From positions 1-64,000 of IMG/VR virus record IMGVR_UViG_3300033075_000927: a DNA stretch of 64,000 bases; one strand, 5' to 3'. The DNA is from a virus. Taxonomy: Duplodnaviria > Caudoviricetes. Made by a program: the position numbers and the translations under genes. Shown piece by piece: positions 36,221 to 48,100 of this stretch. Numbering within the stretch: position 1 is the stretch's first letter; every line of letters begins with the position of its first letter. The notes beneath the pieces were generated by a model. It had not been told where the DNA came from and searched no databases. It saw nothing but the letters and a program-made list of their open reading frames with translations.

Positions 36221-36519
36221 GCACCCCACTTCCGCTTAATAGCCTCTACAATGTCACCGGCCTGTGTGGCCTGTATCACCTCATAGCACTTGGCCATGAT
36301 AGCCATTCCGAATAGACCGACAAGAAAGCCGATTAGGCCTTCGGCGTCGGGCTTGCCTACCCACAGCGCGGTCGGAGTGGAGCCGTAGTAGCTTAAAGCA
36401 GCACCACCCACGCACATGCTGGCCCGTTCAAACAGTGAGCCCTTGACGAAGCGCAGGCTCACGACAGAGCCAAGCACCCCGGCAAGTATTTTGGCGGTCG
36501 GCAAATCAGGCTCAGCCAT
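36217..36519 (-). CDS. holin-like membrane protein
   Basis: 3 TM segments and a KRK C-terminus. Confidence 0.65.
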   Translation of the reverse strand: MAEPDLPTAKILAGVLGSVVSLRFVKGSLFERASMCVGGAALSYYGSTPTALWVGKPDAEGLIGFLVGLFGMAIMAKCYEVIQATQAGDIVEAIKRKWGA

Positions 36520-37012
36520 TCTCAGCGCTCCAAGGAATACCGAACTCGTCGGCAGCCAGTACCCGAAATCCAGGCTGCTGCTCGGCCCACTTGTACAGGT
36601 CACCAGGAGACGTGTGCCAGGCGTCAGCAAGCTTGAACGCCTTGGCTATCACCTCGCTACAGAAATCCCAAGGTGTACTGACACGAAACGGCAACAAGAA
36701 GCTCAGCAAGTCTGGCCACCCGTATGGGGTGCCTATCCGGCTTCTGATGTAGGCGACGGCCTCAGACGAGTCGCCGTCGAACTCCACAATCACCCAGCGC
36801 TCAGGGGCAAGTGCCCGCCACGCAGCCCGCACACCCTTGTCGCGTAGCGAGGACGACAACACCTCAGACCAGGCAGGCCACATGCTGGCCACCAGTTCGA
36901 CGTGCGAGAACTGACTGCCGGTGACCCAGCAGATCAGCCAGTCCCCGATCAAGGACTTGCGGTTCTCGGACTTGCGGCCCTTGTAGAAAGCCAGTCTGGT
37001 CTTCTTAGTCAT
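36512..37012 (-). CDS. permuted papain-like (NlpC/P60) tail-associated protein
   Basis: FSHVELV..GTPYGW..DFCSEVIA (His before Cys). Confidence 0.7.
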   Translation of the reverse strand: MTKKTRLAFYKGRKSENRKSLIGDWLICWVTGSQFSHVELVASMWPAWSEVLSSSLRDKGVRAAWRALAPERWVIVEFDGDSSEAVAYIRSRIGTPYGWPDLLSFLLPFRVSTPWDFCSEVIAKAFKLADAWHTSPGDLYKWAEQQPGFRVLAADEFGIPWSAENG

Positions 37013-37530
37013 AGCTTGCTCGCAGTGATAAAGAGTTGATCAAGTTGAGCAGAGGTCATGCCCAGTGCGGTGGCCAAGCCTATTAGGGCTGGGCGGTAGC
37101 GGTCAAACTCGTTGCTGTCGTCCCACTCGATTTGAACCATAGCCCGCATGGCGGCGTTGGGTATCGCATCAATCGCTGGCTGAACCTGGCTCAGCAGCCC
37201 AGCCAGCAGCAACGCCTGTCGAGCTTGGCGACGGGTCACGCTGGCTGGAGCAGGTGGGGGCGGGCTCAGGTCAGCGGTCTCCAGTGCGAGCAGGAAGTCT
37301 GCCTCCGCGCCGAACGTGTAGAACACGGTTTCCTGCCCACCGAAGACGCGCCGGGGCGTAGCCGGGGTGACTTTGTACGCATCCCAGCCCGCGATGGGCC
37401 AGGGCGCATTGACATGCCAGCCTGGCAGCTCGGCTGCTGGTGTGGTCTCGGTTGGCTGAGCGAACAGCTTGCCGATCACGTCCAGCGGGCCGAGGTCTCG
37501 GGGCGGTTGTGTGATGATTTCGTCGCTCAT
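37009..37530 (-). CDS. tail fibre assembly-like protein
   Basis: Start at MSDEII (ATGA overlap); C-terminal VTRRQARQALL..EW..LATALG..LDQLF motif follows the fibre gene. Confidence 0.65.
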   Translation of the reverse strand: MSDEIITQPPRDLGPLDVIGKLFAQPTETTPAAELPGWHVNAPWPIAGWDAYKVTPATPRRVFGGQETVFYTFGAEADFLLALETADLSPPPPAPASVTRRQARQALLLAGLLSQVQPAIDAIPNAAMRAMVQIEWDDSNEFDRYRPALIGLATALGMTSAQLDQLFITASKL

Positions 37531-39788
37531 TGCAGCACTCCTGGAGTTGTGATCGCGGACAGTTCGGCACTGGTCATGGCGCGTGGGTATAGCTCGGTGC
37601 GCTGGATAAGGCCTGCCCAGGTTGATGACCCGAGGCGGTTGACGGGTGGCATCGTGCCCACGGTGTCCAGCGTGCTCAGCGTGCCGTTTGTGGCGAGCTG
37701 CATGCTGTTGGTGGTGTATGCGTAAGCGGTTGTAGCTGGGGTGACCGAGAACGCACTGGCCACGGCTGATGCTTGGGTAGTGCCCGCATTGACCGTGGAG
37801 CCGGTGGCAGCGCCGGTTGACGCTGCGCTGCTGATGGCGTGGCGGAAATTCGATGACCCGGAAAAGTCCAGCGCGGCAGCTACTCTGGCCGCTGACCACA
37901 CCGCATCCTCAACACTGGCTCGCACCAGCAGCGTGCCCTCGGCTGGGCTGATGATTGCGGTGGTTGAGTAAGTCCAGGTCTGTGCGCCGCGAGTCACGGC
38001 GGCGGTGGTGGTTGGGATGTAGGGCAGCAGAATATCGCCAGCAGCTACATGCACGCGGGTGGCGAGGATGGCTGCGCCTGAAGGGCCAATCCCGAAGCTG
38101 GAGGGGTAAATATAAAGCCCGATTGAGGTCGTGCCGACTGGAACCTGCGCTGTAATGCGAATCAGCGTGGGCACCGTGGTTGACAGCCCGGCTATGTCGA
38201 TATTACCTTGGGCAGTCGCCGAAACACTACCCGGCCCAGATATGACGACAGCCGACTGTGTAGGCCACGTGCCACCAGTCACATTCCTGATACCTACCAT
38301 CCCAGTTGTACATCCTGACCACTGGTCGCCCATTAGCGCGATAGTCGCTGTATACGCTGTTATTGCTGTCAGCGCCGCAAATGAGACTGCTTGCAGTGCC
38401 GCTGCGTAGCTTGTAGAGTCTGTACGAGCAATTCTCCAAAACGGAGCACTGGCTGCCCAGAGACGCTTGGTAACTGCAACACTAACCATAGATTTCGACC
38501 AGCTTGCATGCCCCAAGTTCTGCGACTGCAAAATCAAGTTGGTGTCAGCAGGGTACTGCAACAGACCAACGCACTCACCACGGCTGTTGTGCTGGTACGC
38601 CAACTCGTTCGCAGCAGCCGTCAGCAGCGGGTTGGCGTACTGCGTGATCGGCACGTCAGTAGTCGGCACGTAGTCGCCATCAAAATTGTGTTGCAACTGA
38701 GCTGCGTAGACCTCGATGCCGGAGGTGCCGTCTCCGGTGTAGCTGGCCCCGGTCGCGCTGAGCGTGGCACCGCTATCTGGGTAACCAATAATCGTCGGCT
38801 CCCAGTCTGTGCCCGCTGCTGCACTGGTCATCACGAGATTGCACCAGTACAGCCCGCCGCCCAGCGTGTGAGCCTCGACAGAGTGACTGGTGTAGCCAGC
38901 ACCAAACGTGCTGGCAATTGTGGTGCCCGCAGTCAAATCAAACGCGGCGGCTGCACGGCCAGTTGTGCGATCCGCAATGATAGCTTTGGTGTACGTCGCC
39001 GCTTTGCACAGAAACCGCACGCGGTATGTCTGGCTGCCGAGGTTTGTACTGGTAGTCAGCTCCCCCAGGGCGTGCTGCCCAGCTCCGGCAGCTGCGATGA
39101 CCGTTGAGCCTACAAGCCCGCTCTCGTCAGTCACCGCCGCAGGTGCAACCAGGCCGGTCTTTACCCAGCTTGCATGGCCGAAATCGGCGCTCCGCACAAA
39201 CAAGTTCTCAGCCACTTTCACCGGCACCGGCCCAAAGTATGTCATCTCTCCGGCCCGCGAAACCGTCCAACCAGCAGCCGTCAGCGCGGCGGCAGTGGGT
39301 TTTTTCGTCCAGTCAACCGACAGTGATGGCGTAATTGCTGGGCGCTGGGTCACTGCACTGATCAAGGTGGTGGCAGCTGCGGTTGCGGCAGTGCCTGCTG
39401 ACGTTGCCGAGGTGGCAGCGGAGGTGGCGGATGCAGCGGCTGCGCTGGCGGATGTGGCAGCAGCACCTGCTGAAGTCGCGGATGCTGTGGCCTGCGAAGA
39501 TGCAGTCGCCACATGGGCAGCCGCCAGCGCAACTTGGGCCGCGCCTGCGGCTGTGGTCAAACCAACCTGGTCAGCGGCTGACGACGCACTGCTGGCAGCC
39601 GCACCCGCCGAGGCCGATGCCTCTCCAGCCTTGGTCACCGTGTTCGCTGCCACGGCTACCACCTGCGCAAGTGCTGGGACAAACCTCGTTCGGTGGCCGC
39701 CACCGTCAAGTCCGGTGGTCGCGTTGGAGTCGTCGGTGACGGTCGAGCCGTCACCACCCACTGAAGGGGAGAATGTTACGCTGCTCAC
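37527..39788 (-). CDS. tail fibre / receptor-binding protein
   Basis: N-terminal anchor, Ala/Ser-rich linker, two NL..S..F/L.HASW beta-rich repeats. Confidence 0.75.
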   Translation of the reverse strand: MSSVTFSPSVGGDGSTVTDDSNATTGLDGGGHRTRFVPALAQVVAVAANTVTKAGEASASAGAAASSASSAADQVGLTTAAGAAQVALAAAHVATASSQATASATSAGAAATSASAAAASATSAATSATSAGTAATAAATTLISAVTQRPAITPSLSVDWTKKPTAAALTAAGWTVSRAGEMTYFGPVPVKVAENLFVRSADFGHASWVKTGLVAPAAVTDESGLVGSTVIAAAGAGQHALGELTTSTNLGSQTYRVRFLCKAATYTKAIIADRTTGRAAAAFDLTAGTTIASTFGAGYTSHSVEAHTLGGGLYWCNLVMTSAAAGTDWEPTIIGYPDSGATLSATGASYTGDGTSGIEVYAAQLQHNFDGDYVPTTDVPITQYANPLLTAAANELAYQHNSRGECVGLLQYPADTNLILQSQNLGHASWSKSMVSVAVTKRLWAASAPFWRIARTDSTSYAAALQAVSFAALTAITAYTATIALMGDQWSGCTTGMVGIRNVTGGTWPTQSAVVISGPGSVSATAQGNIDIAGLSTTVPTLIRITAQVPVGTTSIGLYIYPSSFGIGPSGAAILATRVHVAAGDILLPYIPTTTAAVTRGAQTWTYSTTAIISPAEGTLLVRASVEDAVWSAARVAAALDFSGSSNFRHAISSAASTGAATGSTVNAGTTQASAVASAFSVTPATTAYAYTTNSMQLATNGTLSTLDTVGTMPPVNRLGSSTWAGLIQRTELYPRAMTSAELSAITTPGVLQ

Positions 39789-40639
39789 AGCAATTCCTTT
39801 ACGGTGAATGAGGTCTGGTGGGCCTCAAAATATGGTTGGTCGAGTGGGCTCAGCTCCTGCAGACGACCGAGAAATGAGCGCCTAATCAGATGCTGCACAT
39901 CCGCCTGATCCCAGACGAACAGCACCTCCTTGTCGATACCGGCAACGCGTTGCATATCGAATGCACGCATCATGGCCTCGTAAGTGCTCATGTTCTCAAG
40001 TCTGAAATTAGCGACGCGAAACGGTGCCTTATAGTCGAAATACTCTGTCCCGTCCCAGGCTTCTTCCACCTCAGTGCGGCTGTTGTAGCCTAACCCAGCA
40101 CCGTAGCTCATATTCAGGGTCGGTACCCAGGCCTCTGACAGAAACATGCGACCTATCTCCACGTACCCTGCCGGGTTGGTGGAGTCGAAAACCTCTACCT
40201 TCCAGTAGCGGGCATAGGTAGTCGAAGTAAGGATGTGAATGGCGTTCCAGTAGAAGCCGGCCAAGTCCTCTGCGTCAGGCTTCCCGTTCCAGAAGTTGTC
40301 GTCTTGCCACTCAAGCTGGAGTGAGTCAAGCGGTGGCCAGACTTCCAGTGTCCCGCTGTCGTAGGCCAGGTTCGTGAGCCCGGCATCGAGGTATCCGCGC
40401 AGGCGCCAGGTTGCGTTGGCGGAGAAGTTGTGGCGGCAAAGGGACACCACGCTGATCGAGTAGCCCTTGTCCAAGGCTGCCACAAACTGAGTGGCAGATG
40501 TGCTGGCTGAGGACGACCGACCCACCTTGCTCAGGCGACGGTCTTTCAGGTTGTTGAGCGGCAACGTGCTTGCCCAGGTGCCGCCTGCCAAGGTGGCACC
40601 GTCTACCCGGTTACGGTAAGCAAGCAGCGCATTTGCCAA
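39785..40639 (-). CDS. distal tail / hub protein
   Basis: Position in the tail-tip module; YVEIGRMF motif typical of such proteins. Confidence 0.6.
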   Translation of the reverse strand: MANALLAYRNRVDGATLAGGTWASTLPLNNLKDRRLSKVGRSSSASTSATQFVAALDKGYSISVVSLCRHNFSANATWRLRGYLDAGLTNLAYDSGTLEVWPPLDSLQLEWQDDNFWNGKPDAEDLAGFYWNAIHILTSTTYARYWKVEVFDSTNPAGYVEIGRMFLSEAWVPTLNMSYGAGLGYNSRTEVEEAWDGTEYFDYKAPFRVANFRLENMSTYEAMMRAFDMQRVAGIDKEVLFVWDQADVQHLIRRSFLGRLQELSPLDQPYFEAHQTSFTVKELL

Positions 40640-40641
40640 GT

Positions 40642-42177
40642 TCAGCCCCAGAGTGAGAGTTCGGCTCGCTTTGACCGGAGGTCTAAAGTCAAGCCCGTGA
40701 TGAGCAGCAGTTTACCTGCCTGCAACCCGAAGCGAGGGAAGGTAACGCGGACGACCTGTCCAATATCGAGGGTTGTGGCAAGTTCCGACTCCCAGCGGAC
40801 GGTGGCGGTGTACGTGCGGCGCTGGATTTTGAATAGGCTCAGCAGGCGGCTGGCTTCTGCCTGCGCATCCGACTCGGAGGTCAGTGCGGTCGTCCTTTGA
40901 AGCTCTCTGGCATTGGGGTATATGCTCTGGGTGTCTGAGTCGGTGGCCACCGCTGTCCGATACTCCTGCGCCAACTCACCGCGCCGAGCGATGGTCACGC
41001 TGCCAGCGATGTCACCGTCAGTTTGCACCGTGTAGAGCTTCTTCCACAGCACGCTCACCTTCCAGGTTGGTAAGCCGTTCAGCTCGTCGCTGGCTGTGAC
41101 CTGCTCCAGCGTCACGATATTGGACGGGCCAAATTCAATGACAGCTGAACCTGTCGGTGCCGCCACGCGAGCGCAGCGCAGCACCCCTGCCTGATCGAAC
41201 CCGTACCACGCACCAAGTGACTGGGCCACCTCGTCCAGCAGTTGCAGCGCAGTGGTGCCAGACCCAGCCTCAGTGCTCGAATCCTGAAAGTAGAGGCCGC
41301 CCAAGGCTGGGTTGGCAGCCTTCAGGGCTGCGATGTCTGAGCTGCTCATCGTCACACCTGCGTCGGTGGCGATAGCGCCCAGTATTTCAGCCAGATATTC
41401 GCTGCCGGCTGTCGCATCGCAGGTTACCGTGCCGACGTGATTTGACCCAAGTCTGAACAGGCCTATCGCCGCGCAGGTGCTATAGGAGCCGCTGGGGACT
41501 GTAGCAGCTTCAAGCGCAGCCAAGTTTGCGTAGTCGTCGTGAAACGTCAGAGCAACCGCCTTGTCGTATACGGCCTGAATAGAGGCTGAACCTGAGTTCA
41601 TCTGGAACATTAGCAGACTAGAGTTGACCACAGGAGGGCTTACATTAAACACCTTCCCATACATCCTAGGCTTACGCTGCCCCTTTAGGTCGTCTGCGGT
41701 GCCCTCTGCCCCGTTTGGCAGTGCGTTGCTGCCTGCGAATACTGGCAGCGGCAGTGGGTTGCTAAGTTTTTCTTGGTTGTCCTTCACTCTCAGTGTCACA
41801 GATCTAAGCGTGACCTCGGCCTGTTCAACAGTGGCCCGCAGCACCAGTGCAAACGTAGAGTACGCAGCCGACTGCTCGCCTACCAGGATTCGGATCGACC
41901 GGCCAAAAGACTTGTCCATCAGGAAGTCTAGGCCCCCGTCAGGATTGGCAAGCACCACCTCTCCGTAGCCCACCTGGGTGCTGCCGAACGCTGCCCCGCC
42001 AGAGAACAGGTCTCTGCGGACCAGCCCAGGCTGCTGCACACGGGGTTCGTAGTAGGTGTTGGCCGGAGAGTCCGCTGGTGTCGTTGTGTAGCCGGCTGTG
42101 GCGTAGCGGTAAACCTCCTCCGCAGCGCCCACGGCTTGATCGGTCACTGTGACTTCGATCAGGTAGATTGTGCTCAT
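40642..42177 (-). CDS. tail tip / baseplate hub protein
   Basis: Immediately after the tape measure; KPRMYG.V.NV.P motif. Confidence 0.65.
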   Translation of the reverse strand: MSTIYLIEVTVTDQAVGAAEEVYRYATAGYTTTPADSPANTYYEPRVQQPGLVRRDLFSGGAAFGSTQVGYGEVVLANPDGGLDFLMDKSFGRSIRILVGEQSAAYSTFALVLRATVEQAEVTLRSVTLRVKDNQEKLSNPLPLPVFAGSNALPNGAEGTADDLKGQRKPRMYGKVFNVSPPVVNSSLLMFQMNSGSASIQAVYDKAVALTFHDDYANLAALEAATVPSGSYSTCAAIGLFRLGSNHVGTVTCDATAGSEYLAEILGAIATDAGVTMSSSDIAALKAANPALGGLYFQDSSTEAGSGTTALQLLDEVAQSLGAWYGFDQAGVLRCARVAAPTGSAVIEFGPSNIVTLEQVTASDELNGLPTWKVSVLWKKLYTVQTDGDIAGSVTIARRGELAQEYRTAVATDSDTQSIYPNARELQRTTALTSESDAQAEASRLLSLFKIQRRTYTATVRWESELATTLDIGQVVRVTFPRFGLQAGKLLLITGLTLDLRSKRAELSLWG

Positions 42178-45100
42178 CGTGCAAGTTCCATTAGTCGTTG
42201 AGATTTTGCGGAGTCTGCTGAGGCATCAGCAATGACCTCCAGGGTCTCGATCTGGGCCTTCCCTACGGCTTGGGCAACGCGGACGTTGGCTGCGGCGTGC
42301 TGCTTCAGTTCGGCCACCTCGGCTCGCAGGGCACGCAACTCAGCCACCAGCTCTGAGTTGTCGCCCTGCCCAGAGTAGCCAGCCAGCAGGTCGCGAGTCT
42401 GCTGGGCAGAATAGATACGTGCAGCCCCCGTCACCTCAAGTTCTGGGCCGTTCTCGCCTACTAGGCGCATGCCTCCTGCGTGGAAGCCGCCACGGGCGAA
42501 GGCCAGCCCTTCCTTACGCCACTGCGCGGCTATTTCAGGGTACGTCAAGGCCAGCGAGGCCATGTCTGATGCGGAGTTGGTGGACAGTGGCACCTTGGTT
42601 CCATCGGCCTTTGTCCATACAGCACCGGAGCCTGTATTGCGGACGGTCCCACCAGCCCAGTCTACGGTAGTGCCGGCAGCTGTACCGAGGAAGTCCTTAG
42701 TGGCCTTCAACGCAGCTTCTGCTGGTTGTGCTAGATACTGATTAGCCCAAGCACTGTTCAGGTCTGGGTTAGTCTTTGCCAGGTCCACTACCGACGCTCC
42801 ACTGGAGATTGTCGATGTACCGCTCGGTCCAGTTACCGTAGATTGCCCGTTCCCGGTATTTGTAACAGTGACGTTGCTGCCAGGTATTTTCGCACTCTGA
42901 CCAACAGACGAGGTTCTGAACCAGCTGTCGTAGTCAGCTTGCATCCGAGACAGTAAACTAGCGTTTGTGGCCAGAATCGACACCAACCCTGACGTGTTGC
43001 CTTTAATCGCTTCGAGTAGAGTTATTTGGCCGTTGCCGTCAGCGTCAATAGCAGTGAACACCTTGTTCAGGGTTGACTCGCTAGCCATGCTGGAAAATTT
43101 AGCCAACATCTCCTTAAGTGACACAGTTGAGTCGCCGTTTGTATCTATATACCGCAGGTGACTTACCAGGTCAACAGAGATGGCTGATGACACGGAGCTG
43201 GTGTATAGCTGCATGGATTCACTGAGTGACTTGACACTGCTGCCTATTTCCTTAAGTGCTTCCAGCTGCCTCTCAGCGTCGGTAAGCTCAGCTACTGCCG
43301 ACTCCTTAGCCACCTTGGCTGCCGCCTCAGTCGCTGTCAACATAGTATTCACGCCAGCTAGGTCTGTGAAGTATCCCTGGCTAGATGCGTAATAGGAGGA
43401 AGAGGCGTCCAGGAACTTGCCTGCTACGTCTGAGAACTCAGCCATAGCAGACTTGTCACCTGACCGCACCAGAGCCTGATTCTTGTCTAACTCAACTTTC
43501 GCTGCCCTGTAGGCCTCCTGCGGGCTGAGTTGTGACTTATTAAGACTTATATCTGTCCTGAACTTCGCCAAAGACTCCAGCACAGTAGTGAAGTCGTTTA
43601 CAGCACTCTGCAATGAGCTGATCAGCTCACCAAGAGCTGACACCATAGCGTCCTTAGCCTCGGACACCGCCTCCATAGCGTTGACGTGATCAAATAAGGC
43701 TCTGTTGCCTGGCAAAATCTGAGCACGCTCCAGGGCCAGAAGCTCTGTACGAGTCATTGTCGCTTCATTCAACCGCTGCTGCAGCCCCTTCTGCTCTTTT
43801 GCCAGCTGAACAGAGTCAAACAGCGCCTGATTGCCTGGCAAAATCTGAGCACGCTCCAGAGCCAGAAGCTCTGTGCGAGACATAGTTGCCTCATTCAACT
43901 GCTGCTGCAGCCCTTTCTGCTCTTCTGCCAGCTGAACAGAGTCAAACAGTGCCTGATTGCCTGGCAAAATCTGAGCACGCTCCAGAGCCAGCAGCTCTGT
44001 GCGAGACATAGTTGCTTCGTTAAGACGCTGTTCCAGACTTTTACGCTCTTCTGCCAGCTGAACAGAGTCAAACAAAGCCTGATTGCCTGGCAGAATCTGA
44101 GCACGCTCCAGAGCCAGAAGCTCTGTACGAGTCATTGTAGCTTCATTAAGTCTCTGATCTAAGCTCTTACGCTCTTCTGCCAACTGTACAGAGTCAAACA
44201 GCGCCTGATTGCCTGGCAAAATCTGAGCACGCTCCAGAGCCAGAAGCTCTGTACGAGTCATTGTAGCTTCATTAAGACGTTGTTGCAGGTCTTTAGCCTC
44301 TTCCAGCGTAGCGACGGCAAACAACAGACCTACATTTGATATGTCGTACTGCTTGGCCTCCTGCTCCAGCAGCTGGGTCTTTGTCATGCTTGCGGCATTC
44401 CAACGGTCTGTCAGACCTGCCAGCTGAGTTTCGCGGGTGACCTGATCCTCCAGGGCGAAGATACGGCGGCGGCTGACTTTCTCGTCTTCGCTCAGCAGCG
44501 CGATGTCGAGTTCTCTCTGACGGTTCAGAGCCTCCTGCGATTTGCCCTGGGCGTTCAGGATGGCGATCTGGGCCTGCTGCTCGGCGTTCCACCAGCCATA
44601 GGCGCGGGACAGGGCCTCCTGAGCGGTCTCGCCAACCTTCTGGATGGACTGAATCCCGCCGACCTGGCCTGCTACGCCCTCGGCATACGTAGCAACCTGG
44701 TCAGACAGAATCTGGGCAAACTTGGCCTGCACCTGCTCAGCAGTCATGCCATCCTGCTTGAACTCGGTGGCAGCCTCGTCGATTTTCAGTGTGTAGCCTG
44801 CGATGCGCGAGGCATCCATGCCCAGCGCGTCCGCCATAGCCTTGGTGCTGCCGATGATCTGGCCGGTGGCCTGGTTCATCACGTTGGTCAGCTCTGCCGA
44901 GTCGGTGCGATCCTTCCAGTATTTTGGGCCACTGAACAAGGTTCCAGACTTGCGCATATTGGCGTAAGTCTCAATGTCCGAAGACGCGCCAATGGTGCCG
45001 CTCAGGCCAGTGCCAACCTGCTTCGTCTTACGGAACACGCCAAGTGCGTTGAGGGCTACAAGGGCGGCAGCTGCAGGCCCTGCAACTGAGGCCAAGGCCG

Positions 45101-48100
45101 AGCCAGCGGATGCGCCAGCCGCCGCTCCAGGGGCTGCGATGTGGCCGGCACTGGTCAGTGATGTGACCATCTGAGCGGTAGTGCCCTTCAGGCCCACCAG
45201 GCTCTGCGCCCCGGCTGCCAGGGCGCTGGTGAATCCACTGACAGCCCCACTGGCTGTTGCAAGCACACCAGAGCCGCCAAACAGGGTTGACAGACTGGAG
45301 GCCCCGCTCAGCGCTGACAGTGCGGTAGAGCCGGATGCGGCTCCAAAGAGATTCGAGCCGACCAAACTCTGCACCCCGCCTGCGACCGCTGTCGTGAACG
45401 GTTGGATCAGAGCCTTCACGACCAGAGTGAAGGGCTCAGACACCAGCTGCTTCTCCAGAATGGCCCGCAGGCGGTCGCCACCCTCACGCCCGCCAGTCAG
45501 CAGCGCATCAACGATGCCGTCTGACAGGGCATTGGACATGGTCTCGACACGTTGACGGAACTCCTTCCGGTACACAGCAGACACCGTGGCAGCTGCCTCA
45601 GTCTGGAGCTGGACTTCGAGGTCGGTGCGGCCCGCCACCAGCTCGCGTACCTGAGCGTCTAAATTATCAGCCAAGCGGTGCTTGGCTTCCCAGACTTTGT
45701 CGTCAGCAGCCAGCTCAGCGTCTGCACGCAGGCGGTCACGGGCCTGAATCTTGTCGAGTGACTCAAGGTCGAACTTGCGCAGCTCTTTCTTGGCCTCCAG
45801 CTCGATCTTCAGGCGAGCCTGAGTGGCCTCAAGGTCTACACCTCCAAGTCCCAGCGTCTTGTCGGCCATTGCCTGCTCATCACGGATGGCCTGCACGCGA
45901 TCCTTAGAGTTTGCGATGGCCGTCTCGTTAGCCTTGCGCAGCTTGTCCAGCTCCTTGTACTGGTCGGTGGCCAAGCGGCGCTCGCGCTTGTTGGCTTCCT
46001 CGTCAATGCTTGCCATGCGGTTGTTGAATTCCTCAGCCGCATTGAGCAGCTTGGCATTCAGCTCCTGCACCCGGTTCGCCTTGTCGTTGTCGCTGATCTG
46101 CGACTTGGGCATGGCAGACAGCCCGGTCAGCAGGTGGTCGATCTCGGCAGCATAGCTCAGCCAGCCGGATATGGCAGCCGCTTTCTGAGCCTTCTCGCCC
46201 TCGATGGTGATCGAGGTGATGCGTGACTGGTACTCGCCTTCCTGCACCATGTTGGCATCACGGAAGTCCTTCAGCGCCTCAGCCTCACTGCTCAGTCGGC
46301 TGCGCAGCCCGTCAAGTTCTGTCTTGTTGGCTTTGGCGATCTCATCCAGACGGTTGTAGCGCAGCTCGTTGTCGAGCTTGTTTTGAGCGGCGGTTCCGGC
46401 AAGTTGGCGCTGCTGCTCAGCCAAAAACTTGTCAGTGCCGGTCTTTGCTGCAGCTTGGCGAGCTGCCTGCAGAGCTTTAGTCACTTCAGCGTTCTTCTTT
46501 GCCGCTGCGATGTTGGCATCAAGTGCGACCTGCTCCTTGGATGAGGCCTTATCTTTGGCTGCCAAGGCTGTGGTCAGCGCCGACTCTGCTTTGGCTGTAT
46601 CGTTTACGGCCTTAGTTATCTGAGCCTGCAGAACTACTGCAGCTTGCTGCGACCCGCCACCGTTGGTCTTCTCGAAGATGTCCAACAGCTCATTGGCTTG
46701 CTTGGCGTAGCGGTCACGTTCAGCACGCAGAAGGCTGGTGTCCGAGTTGTCAGCCTTGATGGCCCTGCTCGCCCGCAACTGCTCAACTGTCATGTTGGCC
46801 AGCATTGCGTCGGTATTTTCGTTGAGGCGGGCAGTCTCGGCCTCCAGCTCCTTGATGCGTCGCTCCGAAGCCGTGGAGTTCGCCGCGTCCTCCATTGCCT
46901 GTGTCGAAGACCCGACCACCGACTCGTACAGCATCCAGGCCCCTGTCGCCACTGCAAGCACAACCCCGACGTAGGGCAGAGCGGCTGCAAACAGCTTGGA
47001 GGCTGTGATGGCTGCGTATTTTGCCCCGGTGTTCGCCCAGGTGGCCAGCGTGTCTGCCTGGGTGGCAGAAGTGGCGATGGCCTTCTGGACAGCCAGGGGG
47101 CCCTGCGCCACGCGCTCAGCCGTCACGGCAGCCGTTGCAGCCCAAGAGCCGGTGGTGGCCAGCGTCTGCGCCTTCGTGTAGAAGGTCATCAGCTCCAGCG
47201 AGTGGCCGACAGCCAGTCGCAGTCCGATATAAGCAGCGGTCAGGGTGGCCAGAACCCCAGCATTCTCGTTGGCAAACCTGGCCAGAGAGACCAGACCGCC
47301 TGCTAAGTTGAGTGTGAGCTGAAGCAGAGATTCGAGGTTCGACCGGAAGCTGTCGGAGCGGAACAAGTCCTGCAGAGCCAACGCCACCCCGCTGGCCTCA
47401 GACTTGACACTGCTGAAGGCGCTGACCAGAGACGACTGCAGGGCAGATACTGCGGTCTCCATCTGCTTGAGAGGGGTTTCCGACAGCTCAATCCTGGCCA
47501 TGATCTGGAACCCAGCGCTATCACCGATGGAGTCGCGCATGCGCTGAAGACGGTTCTTTACGCCCTCCTCGAAGCCTTCTACCACAGCCTGGCCTGAGCG
47601 CTTGGCGAACTCACGGGCTACCTTCTCCTCCTCGATCACCAGCTCGCGCAGCTCGACCATAGGCTTGCCGCCGCGCTCGCTCAGAATCGTGAGCAGAGCG
47701 TTCTTCTGCGCAGTGCCATCCAGACGAGACAGTCCCTTGTCGAACTCCATCGTCAGGGTCACCAAGTCTTTGAACTTGCCGCTCTGGTCGCGCAGCTCAA
47801 GTCCCAGCTCCTTCATGGCCTTGGTCACCTTCGGGGTGCGGCCAGACAGGTCGGTGTACATATTGCGCAGTGCAGTACCTGCAGCCGTACCTTGGATACC
47901 CAGGTTTGCCAAGGCTGCGATGCCGACACCCGCGTCTTCCAGCGACACACCGAACTGCTTGTGGATCACCGATGCGGTTTTGAAAGCCTCGCCTACCGAC
48001 TCGACCGAAGCCTTGGACACGGCTGCCGTCTTGGCAATCACATCACCGACATAGTTGAAGCCGGTGGCCGTCACGTTGAAGGCGGTGGCCACCGAGGTCA

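Noticed and set aside
37527-39788. Diversity-generating retroelement acting on the tail fibre or arrays
   Set aside because: No reverse transcriptase and no template/variable repeat pair seen.
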